A stretch of DNA of 64,000 nucleotides from Geosiphon pyriformis uo1. Taxonomy: Eukaryota; Fungi; Glomeromycota. The notes under the pieces are model-generated. The model was not told where the DNA came from. It saw only the letters and a list, made by a program, of their open reading frames with translations, and searched no databases. The translations under genes were made by a program, and so were the position numbers. Every line of letters starts with the position of its first letter. The first letter of the stretch is position 1. Where the stretch lies: the NCBI GenBank assembly GCA_016748015.1, contig JAAOMT010000741.1:1-64000 (forward strand), written 5' to 3'. Shown here one piece after another: positions 25,342 to 37,200 of this stretch.

Positions 25342-25368
25342 AAATAACACAGCAACAACAAATTCAAA

Positions 25369-28300
25369 GTGGCAATTATATCAGACACAACAACTCTAAA
25401 GTATTATCAGTCAATTTACACTTATTGTAAGCAAAGATTCAACATTCCAGACGGAATTGAAGTTGTCAAGAAATCAGTATACCAATACATTGAAAACTGC
25501 ATCAACAATTATCTTTTTGAAAACTACAATATTTCAGAAGTTAGAAGCAATCTCTACAATAATTTAGTGCATTATTCACAATTGAAAACAGAAAACCTGA
25601 ACAGTAAAACTCTTGCCACCTACTTCCAAGAACTTAACTTTAGCATTATTCAGTATTGTGAAAAAAAATACCCAGTACAGTCTAAATACTCTATTAACTT
25701 TGAATCAGAAACAGAAACAAGCAACAGAGGCAAACAAAAACTAAAACAACATTCAAGCACCACCCCAAAGACACCAAAAATAACTGCTAAACACTTACAA
25801 ACACTTGAACAAGAAACCAGTATCAAATTACCACTTTCTATTACATCATTTCTAATTTCACTTGCTCAACCACAAACACTAATTTTACTACTTATTTATT
25901 TTTTAAGACCAGAAGATTTTCAGTTACCCAAAAATTCTACTCAACAGCAGAAATCCATATCAACAAGCACCAATATTATTGATTACTTACAAGAAAACGA
26001 AAGTAATCATTCAGAAAACTTGGAAAGTGAAGAAACTGAATCAGAACAAGAAGAAACCACAGAAAACAAAGAAGAAATAACAACTGCTTATATTGCAAAG
26101 ATTTCAGAATTTACTGGTAAAAACAATAATATCAGTCCTTAAGAATGGCTTGACAAAGTTCAAAAGCAGAAGATACAAATAGATAAAATGCAGCAAGAAT
26201 GCTCAAAGCAATTCCATACTTTCTTCAAGGAACTGCAGAAAAATGGTTTGAAAACTTAGAAGAACCATTTAGAAACTGGCAAGCATTCAAAAATGCTTTT
26301 TTACAACAATTCACTGACAACAACATCTCTATTACTCTCTGCAATTGCTTTTGCAATATCAAACAAGAAACATCTGAAACTGTTATGACCTATCTTGGGA
26401 GATTTAACAAACTCTTTCAACGAATTTGACAATTGGAAACCAATGAATATTATTCCAATGCCCAGATTTTGGATCAGTTTATAGCAGAATTAAAAAACAA
26501 GTTAATCAAAAAAGTTTGTCCACATGTGCCAGAAGACTTAGCAACAGCCATTAGACATGTGAAGAACTATAAAATGGCAATAGAAGAAGCAAACCATACC
26601 AAACTTGTAAATCTTGTTATTGAAGAAACCAGCTCAGCAGCTGAAAAAAAAATTAACCAACTCACCAAGAAGGTTGAAAACTATTTTACCAACTAATAAC
26701 AGCAAACACAAAAATATTAGCCACCACAATGGCAAAACCAAAACAACTACCTGTTATCATTAAACAACCAACCACAAAGCTGTCATTATTGTAGAATTCC
26801 AGGATATTGAAAACAAGATTGTAGAAAGATGCAAAGAGATCAACAAAACAGAAGTAATCAAAATTACTCTTTACCACAACAATCTTATTACCAACTTCCA
26901 CCACTAAATTATTACTCACCAAAACCACAAAATCAGAACAGTTATTATCAATCTGCTCCACAACCAATACAGCAACAATATCAACAATCTTTACTAATAC
27001 AGCAATATTAAACACTATCCACTCAACAATATCAGATATCTGTATGAAGATTGGTTTACCAAAACCAATTTACTCTTCAAAATTGATTTCAGAATAATAA
27101 TAACAGAATTAACTTAAACAACCAATTGGTTTTCCGAAATTCTGGTCAGCAAAGACCCAATTACTATCACACTCAACCCAGTTATCTCACAATGCCTGAA
27201 AAATCGGATTTTCAACAAACTGTACTTTCTGAAGGTGGAGTTACAACACCAAAATCAAATCCTTCTAACCACACTATCCCACCAGCCCATATTGCCCAAA
27301 ATGCCAACCTTTCAGATATATTTCCATTCGAATTTGAAGCCAATGAATCACCATTTTTGCTTAGCAATGCAGCAGTTAATAAACAAAAAACAATCACTGC
27401 TATGTATACAAAAGCTGAAGTAGAAGGAAAACCAAATTGGTTAATCTTAGACAATGAATCAACTGGAAGTATTATCACCTACCAGTTAATATAACAGCTT
27501 CAAAAAACTGTTAACAGACCAGCCCAAACTGTAATTGTCACTGCAGATGGTATGAAAAAGACATCAGTAGAAAAAATTAACAATTTCTCATTTATTATTG
27601 ATGGAATCACCATTTTAGTTAAAGTTCTAATTATGAATACACCCCAATACCAAGCTCTTATTGGAAATGATTGGCTTTTCAAGGCCAATGCAAATTTAGA
27701 TTGAGAAACCCAAGAATTGAAAATTTCATACTAAGGACAATACACTAGAGTATCTGTCACTTGTCATATCTTTAATAAAAAATCTGGAAAAGCCCCAGTA
27801 TTTGAATTTGAAGAGGAAAAAAAACTACCAATTACTGAAACCTTTATGGCTTTTGGATTAACATCCAGTTGGGCTAAAGAAACAGAACAAAAAATCTTTG
27901 AGGAGATCAGAGGATAGAATGTTGTTCAATACTTTACACCAGAACCAAAGAAACAACCACCCTATATCTCACTCAAATGCAAAGATTGCAAGAAAAAACT
28001 TTCATCAATGGGAGCATGTATTTTTTCAGAAGAAAAATACAAAACTCACATCTGTTATTACTGTAAAACATACCATAGAGAACGATTTGGATATCCCAAA
28101 AAAAGTGGAAAATAAGACAACATGCCTTGTCTTACATGTGAAAATATGCTATCAGAAAAATACAACTGGATTGATGTTGCAATAAGAGGAAGAGTATGTG
28201 ATCAAATCTGTCAATATGCTCTATCAATTTCAGAAAAAGTTAAAAAAGGAACACTCTTTGATACAGCATACAACAGTGCTCTCAACAAACTCTATCATTA

Positions 28301-31300
28301 TTCCTATGATGCTGAAATGATTTTTGACTTAGCAATGGCTTTAATTAATGGAGCCACACAAGAAGATGTCTGCCAAATAAAAGAAGCTAAATATATTGAA
28401 TATACAATAGAATTAGCTAGATTCAATTATGAAGATGAAATAGAAACATATCACCAAATTGCAAGTTACATATATCCAATCCAAGAAGCTTAAATTCAAC
28501 AATTAGAGCAAATAAACATTCAATTGTGTAAAAAATACATCATGCCTTGTGATAACAAATGGTGTCCAGAATGCTATGCTCTTAGCATCTCCTTACTCAG
28601 TAAAAATGACCAAGAAAAAATTGAATTTGGAGAACATAAGCCAGAAAAAGAAAGTACAACAACTCCAATCTATCTTATTGAAAACCAGCCTGCTATACAA
28701 CTCAAATACTTTGACAACAATGGAAAAAATATAAAACCAGAAAAAGCTTACGAAATTGATGCAGGATATGACCTCAGATATTCTGGCAAAGACACTTTGG
28801 TTCTTTAACCAAAATCCTTAACCAAAATCAACATTAGAATTGCTCTTGAAATACCACTAAGAGCAATAGTACAAATTGCTTTTTGATCATCATTGGCAAG
28901 CAAAAGAATCAATGTTAGAGGAGGAGTTATAAATGCAGAATATACTGGAGACATTAACATTATGCTACAGAATGAAACAAACAAATCATTCAGAATTGAA
29001 TATGCTAAAAAGATTGCTTAAGCAATTTATCTACTCTTAATCAACATTTTGGGTTTACAATTAGTTAACAACAGAGAACAATTAGGAAAAAGTGAAAGAG
29101 GAACCCAAGGTTTTGGTTCAACTGGATGATTTACAGTTCCAATAAACATAGCTCTCAATACACAGAATGAATTTCACCAGATTCTTTAACTTCTCCAACC
29201 AATTACCATTTTATCTTTTGAAGAACATTACGAAATTTACATTTGCTCAAAATCCACTACTACCCAATAAATTTTTGAATCCAATAAACAAATCTGTTTA
29301 AAGCATGAAATCTCAATCCCAAACATTTATATTCCCAAAAAAATAAAGAAATTTTAAGTTACATTCTACAACCCCAACAATTACCCTATTGTTTTATTAA
29401 ATAAATTAGAGATTAGAATCATACATAGTAACATTTTTCAAGATGAAAACTCTCAAATTGTTTCTAATTTCATCGAAATTGTAAGATATATCCTACTTCT
29501 CAACCCAAACATTATCCTTATCACTGAAAACTATCACTTGTTGAAAGAAAAACTCTCTTGAATTAACATGGGTCCCTTAAAACCCCAACAACAAAAACAA
29601 TTGAAACAACTGATAGCTGAATTTGCAGATATATTTGCAAAAGACAACAATAATTTTAGAAAAACTGATATTGTTCAACACCAGATCCACACAGGAGATG
29701 TTTTACCAAAACAACAACAAGCTTATCAAGTACCACCTGTTAGCCACCAATTTATTAGAGAAGAAGTCCAAAGAATGCTTAATAACGGATTGATTTAACC
29801 ATTAAAAAGTCCATGAGCCTTACCAATAGTTTTAGTTAAAAAGAAAAACGGAAAAATCAGATTCTGTGTTGATTATAGACAACTGAATAGTGTCACAATT
29901 GGAGATGCCTATTCTCTTCCAAGAATTGATGACATGCTAGATACTCTAAGAAAAGCCAAGTTTTTCTCAACTTTAGACTTGGAAAGTGGATACTGGCAAG
30001 TTGAAATGGACCCAAAAGATAGACCTAAAACAGCATTTACCACCCAAAAAGAGAACTACAAATTTAATGTTATGTTTTTTGGACTTTGCAATACACCAGC
30101 AACATTCTAGTGACTCATAGATGTTGTATATGAAGGACTTTTATGGCAATTAGTAGTTGTTTATCTTGATAACACTAATATATATTCACCAAGCTTTAAA
30201 GCCCATCTTATTTACTTGTGAGAAGTTTTTCAATGATTATGGAAAGCAAGATTAAAACTGAACATTGAAAAATGTTACTTTGGAAAAACAAGTTTAATCT
30301 TTCTTGGACACATTGTTAGCAAAAATGGAGTCAAACCAAACTCTAAAACAATCAGTGTTGTTAAAAACTTTCAACCTTCCAAAAATACCACAGAACTATG
30401 AGAATTTGTAAGATTAGCCTCCTATTATCAAAAATTCATAAAAAGATTTTTAGAGATTGCTAAATCACTCAACTATTTTACCAACAAAAATATGTCATAT
30501 TAATAAACTGAAGAACAACAGAAAGCCTTTGACACCTTCAAAACAAAATTAACAACAGCTTCAGTTCTTGCTTACCCAAATTTTAACAAACAATTTCAAC
30601 TAGTCACTAATGTCTCACACATAGCTTTTGGTGCCATCTTGTTACAATTAAATGAAAATGGCCAGGAGCAAGTCATTGCCTATGCCAGTAGAACACTCAA
30701 GCCAACAAAACTCAAATATGGCTTAACTGAATTAGAAGCTGCTGCAGTCATTTGGGCTATTAAATATTTTCAACAATACCTGAAGAATGAAAAAAAATTT
30801 GACATCATAACTGACAATATTGGTCTCAAATGGCTCAATAAAAAAAAAACCAAACAAAATGCCAAACAGTCTTGATAAAATGACTTTCTAGCAGACTACA
30901 AATATATTGTACACCACAAACCAAGAAAACTACACACCAATGTTGATAGTTTCTTAAGAATGAGACAAGATTAACATTAACAACAAATCTACTACAATTT
31001 ACCAATCCATCAACAAAATAACCAAACAACAATAAATTCCAGAAATTATAACAACATCAAAAACTATTTGAAGACCCTTACTATGCCAGAAGATTGGTCT
31101 TCAAGTGAAAAACATTGTTTGCAACACCAATCAAAACAATATTTCATACACCGCAACAAAATTTATTATAAAAATCACAAAAATTCAAACCAACCACTTA
31201 GATTAATACAAGAGCATAAAAAAGAAACAATCTTATACAACATACACACAGATCCTTCTTCAACACACTTGGGAAGAGATGAAACAATTCAAAGAATTCT

Positions 31301-32417
31301 TGAACATTACTTTTGGCTTCACATGCAAAAAAACATTTGACAATATGTAGAATTCTGTAATAGTTGCCAAAGAAAAGAAAGAACTTGTCCCACAGAACCT
31401 TTAAATCCAATCAAAGTTGGACAACTTTTTAACAGAATTGAAATTGATTTAGTTGGATCATTACCTATCACAACCCAAAAAAATTGTTATATTGCAGTTG
31501 CAGTAGATTATTTTACCAAATGGCCTAAAACTAGAGCCATTTAAAAAGCAGATGCAAAATCAGTAGCAAGTTTTATCTATGAAGACATTATTTGTAGACA
31601 TAGATGTTCAATTGAACTTTTATCCAATCAAGGAACATATTTTGTGAACAACTTGATACAAAAAATTTGTGAATGATTTAATGTCAAAAGACCTCTATTA
31701 TCATCTTATCACTCTTAAACAAATGGACTTATAGAATATTTTAACAGAACATTGTGTGAATTTTTAGCCAAAGTCTCAACAGATTTTGAGCAGAAATAGA
31801 ATATCTTTATTCCATCAGTGTTATTAGCATACAGAATACTAAAACAAAATACTATGAAACACACATCATTTGATTTTACTTATAGAAAAACAGCAATATT
31901 ACCAATTAATTTCATAGTAGAAACATATCCAGTGCAACCAATTAATGAAGAAAACTTTCAGAAAACACTCTAAAGAAAAGCCTACACCCTTCTTAGTACA
32001 TTGGAAGGAAAAAGACACATAGCAGCCACTCACATTAAACATTTTTAAGCCTTATAAAAAAAAAGACATGACAACAAACTGTTACCAGTTATCAACGAAT
32101 TTAAAGTTGAAAATAAAGTTCTATTACACAGAATTAAGGCTAAAAAACAATGAAGTAGAAAATTTGAGCATAAATAGGATGGACCATTTTATATTCACGA
32201 AATTCTAGACAATAGATTATACAAGTTAAGACTTAATAACAAAATACTAGCAAAAGTTGCACATAGAGATTGATTGAAACACTATCATTCCAGAAACAAT
32301 CCTGAACCATTAATTTTACAAATTGGTATATATTCTCTTTTAATTAATCTTGAAGATATTTCCCGAAATTTAGAACCAATAGTTATAATAGAACAACAAC
32401 CAAACTTGAATACTTAA
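25369..32417 (+). pseudogene. Single-frame gag-pol of element A: N-terminal extension, gag (Zn knuckle ~26781), protease (~27440), Cys-rich domain, dUTPase, RT (YLDN at 30162), RNase H, integrase
   Basis: ORF-track fragments 26199, 26433, 26829, 27126, 28122, 28524, 29568, 30639 and 31068 are in one frame, with a 1-nt slip near 26163. Motifs: CHYCRIPGY*KQDC, LILDNESTGS, RFCVDYRQLN, FSTLDLESGYWQV, VIAYASRTL, YGLTELEAAAVIWA, HLGRDET..YFW..CNSCQR, DGPFYI. Confidence 0.92.
28701..29126 (+). pseudogene. dUTPase domain within pol of element A
   Basis: All five trimeric dUTPase motifs in order: AGYDL, (R>*)SSLA, GVI(D>N)A(G>E)YTG, IA(Q>*), RGTQGFGSTG. Confidence 0.93.
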
Positions 32418-32582
32418 TTTAACATTTTCACAAAACCCCTTTAAAATACACAAAACATAAATCAAAAACAGTAAATAATTATAAAAAACATTCAAACCCA
32501 AAAAACAAATAAAAACTCTATACCCAAAAATAATTTTCTTTATTTTTTTTCAAATTTTGTTTATTAATTAGTCATTTTTATT

Positions 32583-33290
32583 ATGATTATTCCCTGAAAT
32601 ATTCAACAAATATTCCAAAAATTAATGTTAGCCTTGAAAACACTTTCTAACTTATCCATAACAATTAATGGAAGTTAAATTAATTACATTCAGAAAAAAA
32701 TCACAGCCCCAGTAGTAAACAATTCTCAGAATTATTACTCCTATAAAAAAAAACCAAGAGGTTACTCTGGAAGTTAGTTACCAGAACTATTGAAGCAAGC
32801 ACTAAAAGAAAACCTTTTATCTGCCTCTATTGACATTCCACCAAATGTCACAATTTAACAAAAACTTCTACTATTCCTTAATGAACAGAACAATAAACAT
32901 ATTCTAATATATAGATACTTTTATATTGAAAGAACACTTTATGAATAAAAACTAGAACTTGAAACAACACACATCTTTTCTGAAGCCATACAAAAACAAA
33001 TTCACAAAGAATTCAAGACAGCAGCTGAACCAACAAACACTCACTACAAACTTAGAGCAGCATTTAGACTCTATGATTTATTCAACACATGTGAAAATGT
33101 CCTACAAAATCCAATACTTTATCCAATGAAGATTCAATACATTAGAAAGCTCACAGATCTGAAATTTCAACAATTTTCAGACCAAATCACTTTAATTATT
33201 TTGGACTACTATCTTGATATTACAGATAGTGCTTGGACTTTAACAGAGCTTAGTCTTAAGAAGAAGATTATGTTACCAGTGGAATTTTAG
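32583..33290 (+). pseudogene. Family-A ORF3 (~235 codons) between pol and 3' LTR
   Basis: One frame from ATG 32583 to TAG inside the LTR, broken only by stops compatible with CGA/CAA/CAG transitions: MIIP*NIQQIFQKL...YRYFYI.RTLYE...HYKLRAAFRLYDLFNTC...IQYIRKLTDLKFQQF. Confidence 0.8.
33258..33270 (+). promoter_or_regulatory. Polypurine tract of element A
   Basis: AAGAAGAAGATTA immediately before the 3' LTR. Confidence 0.75.
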
Positions 33291-34242
33291 CTATTAATTA
33301 GTATGAAATTATTTTCATAATTTTTATTATTAAGTAGCATATATTATTATCATTTTGATTATCACTTATTAATTAGCCAAATTATCAAATATCATTACTC
33401 AATCAATAACCCGATTTGTACTATAGAAATTAAGATGATCAAATTACACAATACTCCGAACCATTTAATATAGTCAAAATTTGCTGAAATTAATAAAAAA
33501 TTGGCCGAAATAATCAATAATTCATAGAAATAATTTGTAGTTTACCAAAATATATCTTTAGTTTACCGAAATTGAAGCAAAGAGAAAAATGCAAGTTCAA
33601 AGACTAGTACTACAACAAGTTGAATAAAAGAAGAGCTTTTTTCTTCAAAAAAATGTATCTTCTCATAGTATTTTACCATAGCATTTTACTTTAGATATCT
33701 TAATTGAAACAAATCATCTTTTATATATTCAAATAAAAATTAAATATTTGAAAAATAAATCCTTAAAAATTATTACACTTGAAATTCCCTCAACACAATT
33801 AATGTTTTGAAATTAATTAGCTACCAATTTCAATAAACTGTTAGTGACTCCAAGTCTGGATAAAAAACGTTTCCCTTGATAAATTTTATTTCTTTTATAT
33901 TTCTTTTATTTTTTTTCCTTTCTTATTACAATTATTGAGATAACCTACAGACGAGATTTCTGTAGAAGAGTTAACTTTTACAGCAAAGTAACTACACATT
34001 TTTAGTGAGCTTCCAGACAAGCAATTCCTGGAAAAGAGTTGACGTTTGCTACAATGTAACTACATAAAAGTAACTGGCAAGGAATTGGTCATTTCACTTA
34101 TAAGCCCAGCAATTCAAATTATAGAAGATAATTTGAAGATAAATTCAGTTACTGGAGGTACAACTACTTCTTGAGAATGTAAATTCACAGCAAATCAATA
34201 CTAACAACATTCAAGAAAAGAGACCAAAAACCTCCAGTAACA
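33271..34242 (+). repeat. Family-A 3' LTR (972 bp)
   Basis: Direct repeat of 24351-25323. Confidence 0.96.
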
Positions 34243-37200
34243 CAGCTTATAAATTAACTAAGTTATTAAATAGATTGTGCAACCACTACTAAAATAATTA
34301 CTGTAAATAAAAATACTAAAACATTGATAAAAAAAATTGACAATTTTTTATTTAAAATTAACAAAATCAAAATCTTAACTAAAGTACTTATCATAAAAGC
34401 CACCTAATATTAAGCTTTTATAAGAAATTATTAGTTATTAAAAGCCTATACAATATTAAATTAAAACACATAAAAACTTCAAGTTATCTTTAATAGACAA
34501 CATGTTAGAATACTGGCTACATATAAACATTTCAAAAACACAGTCTTAAAACAACTTTTAATTAAATTCAAAGAACTTAATTTCCAATTAATTTTGAAAA
34601 CTTACCAAGTTTTTTGAGCAAACAATTTTAGAACAAATTTACTATTATTTTTTATATAAGAAAAAAAAGACCAAAAAAAAGCTAACAAAAAACTCTAAAT
34701 ATTAACATTAGTTTATCTAACTTCAAATCAAAAAATAATCATATTGACTCTTAAAATTAATTTGTATTAATTGTAAAAAAAAGTTATTTTTAATAGATGT
34801 TTGTATTAAAAACAATAAAGTATGGCCAATTGTTATCAGATATTATTGCTGCTTTTGTGTATTAAAATAATTTAAACAATTAAGATAGCAAGACAAATAA
34901 GACAATATATTATAGTAAAATTCTACTTAATAAAAGATTATAAAACAATGTTTTTAACAGAGAAAAAACATGTAACAAATTCTGTTAGTATACTATTTTA
35001 ATTAATAACTGGGCCTAAAAAAAAACTTTATTTGCTATGGCTTATATTTGAACAATAAACTAACTGGATTCATACTTTTATAATAAAGAAAATTTTTGAA
35101 AAATAGCCACAACAAAATAGAAAAGTGCCATAATTAAAAAAATACACACTATAAAAAGTGTCTTAGTAATCATTAAAAAAATAGATAATCTATTTACTGA
35201 TGGCTCTAAGACATTTTAAGACTAATATCAAGAATTTGCTTTTACTCAAAAAAAACAAAAACAAAGATTGACCAATTTTAATACAAAATTATGGAATTAT
35301 TGTTTAATCTTTTGTTATTTTTAGTACTATAATAAGTGTAATCTCTTGTTTAATTCAATTTCATAAATATTCTATCTCATTTCTAAACTCAAAGAATCTG
35401 AAAAAAATATGTATTAATAATTGAAAACACAATGTTTTAAGAGTTAAGTATAATTACTAAAATAAAACAATATCTTGCATATTCTGATTTCTTCAAAAAA
35501 TTAGAACTAAAGTGATACAATAACAATAATAAAAGAATATGTTATAAAAAAACATATATAAATAATACTAAATTCAATTTAAAATATTTTGAACAATTTT
35601 CTGTAGTTATAATATCTTATTTTTTTATAAAAATAGATCTTAAATTAGAAATTTTTATTAGTATTATAGTCTAAATTGTATTCTGGTCTAGTTTTGTAAA
35701 CAAAAAAATCAATATTAAAAAAAATAATTAATGTTAAATATACTAGAAATATAATTGTAATACTTTAAAACAATTCTAATAAGCCTTAATTAAATTACAA
35801 AAGAAAATTGCACAGGCCATCTTTCTATTCTTTGTAAAAATCTCTTAACTGATTTCTGTAATCATACACAAAAAATTAGGTTTTACTACTTAAAAAATTC
35901 AAAGATTTGAATCAAGTGGAAAAGAAAATATACAAATTAATTTTGTGAAAAACACTAGTAACCAAGTAGAATTTATCTATACTAATATGATTATTTTCAT
36001 TTTCTTATATTGACAGTATATTTTAAAGGTCAATTAAAAAATTTAGAACCAAGTTTTACTATTTAAAGTGGCTTCAGAAATTTGTTCTTTAGTCAATATT
36101 TCCAATTTATATATATTTGTTAAAGCTTACAAATATTTTAAAATCTTTATCTACAATTTCACCAAAGACATTATTAAGATTTTTAAAGAGATTTTTATTG
36201 GTTCTATTTTTATAAACATTTGAAATTCTGAGAAACTCCAATTTATTCTGGACTTTACACAACTGTTTTTATTTTGTAATATTATTTTGCAAATATAAAA
36301 TTTGTTGAAAAAAAGCTATTTATTTAATACAGAAAAAATTAATAAACTAAACTTAAAAAACTTAAGTACTTTACAGCAAATGCAACTTAAGATTTTTTTG
36401 AATCAATACACCAATATTTTTGCCAACAAAAATAAATTTGGATGCATTAATATTGTGAAACATAAAATTAATATTAGCAATACCAGATCTATTAAACAAT
36501 AAGCCTATTAAGTAACTTTAGATAGTAATAACTTGATTAAACAAGAAGTATAATAAATATTAAATAATAGATTAATTAAAAAATTATTAAGTTTTTGGTT
36601 TTTATCTGTCATGTTAATGATTAAAAAGAATGGAAAAATCTGGTTTTACATGGATTATTGAAAACTTAATAGTGTTATTTAAGAGAATAACTATTCAACT
36701 CTTCTTATTTAAGAAATTCTAAATAATCTAAAAAATAAGAAATAGTTCTCATTCTTAGATTTTGTTAGTAGATATTGACAAGTCAAAATAGATCCTATAA
36801 ACAAAAAAAAACAGTATTTACCACCTAATATAGAAATTTCGAGTTTAATGTTATGTTTTTTGGACTTTGTAATGCTCCAGCTACTTTTTAATATCTAATA
36901 AATATTGTATACAAAAAAATTCTCTGAAAATTAGTTGTAATATATTTAGATAATACTAATGTATTTTCTGAACTTTCAATAACTATTTGCTCTATCTTCA
37001 ACAAATCTTTAATTGTTTATAAAATACAAAATTAAAACTTAACTTTAATAAATGTTTTTTTAAAAAAACTAAACTAGAATTTCTGAGATATGTAATTGGC
37101 AAAAATGGAATAAAACCAGATTTTGACAAAGTTTAAAAAATAAAGAATTTTTTGATTTCAACTAATCTATGAAAATTAAAAAAATTTCTAGGATTAGCAG

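Larger units (their letters stand above)
24351..34242 (+). mobile_element. Structurally complete Ty3/gypsy family-A element (9.9 kb), coding-dead
   Basis: LTRs 24351-25323 and 33271-34242 (~93% identical by hand); exact 4-bp TSD CAGC; PBS; PPT; order gag-PR-RT-RH-IN. Confidence 0.96.

Noticed and set aside
25369-32417. Alternative genetic code or stop read-through explaining the many in-frame stops
   Set aside because: Stops mostly differ between copies, map to CAA/CAG/CGA/TGG codons and accompany missense transitions in catalytic motifs, so this is decay.
32100-32417. Integrase chromodomain (chromovirus)
   Set aside because: After the GPY/F module only a short tail ending ..LEPIVIIE follows; no aromatic-cage chromodomain pattern.
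32583-33290. Classical env gene
   Set aside because: Too short, with no visible signal peptide, fusion peptide or transmembrane anchor.
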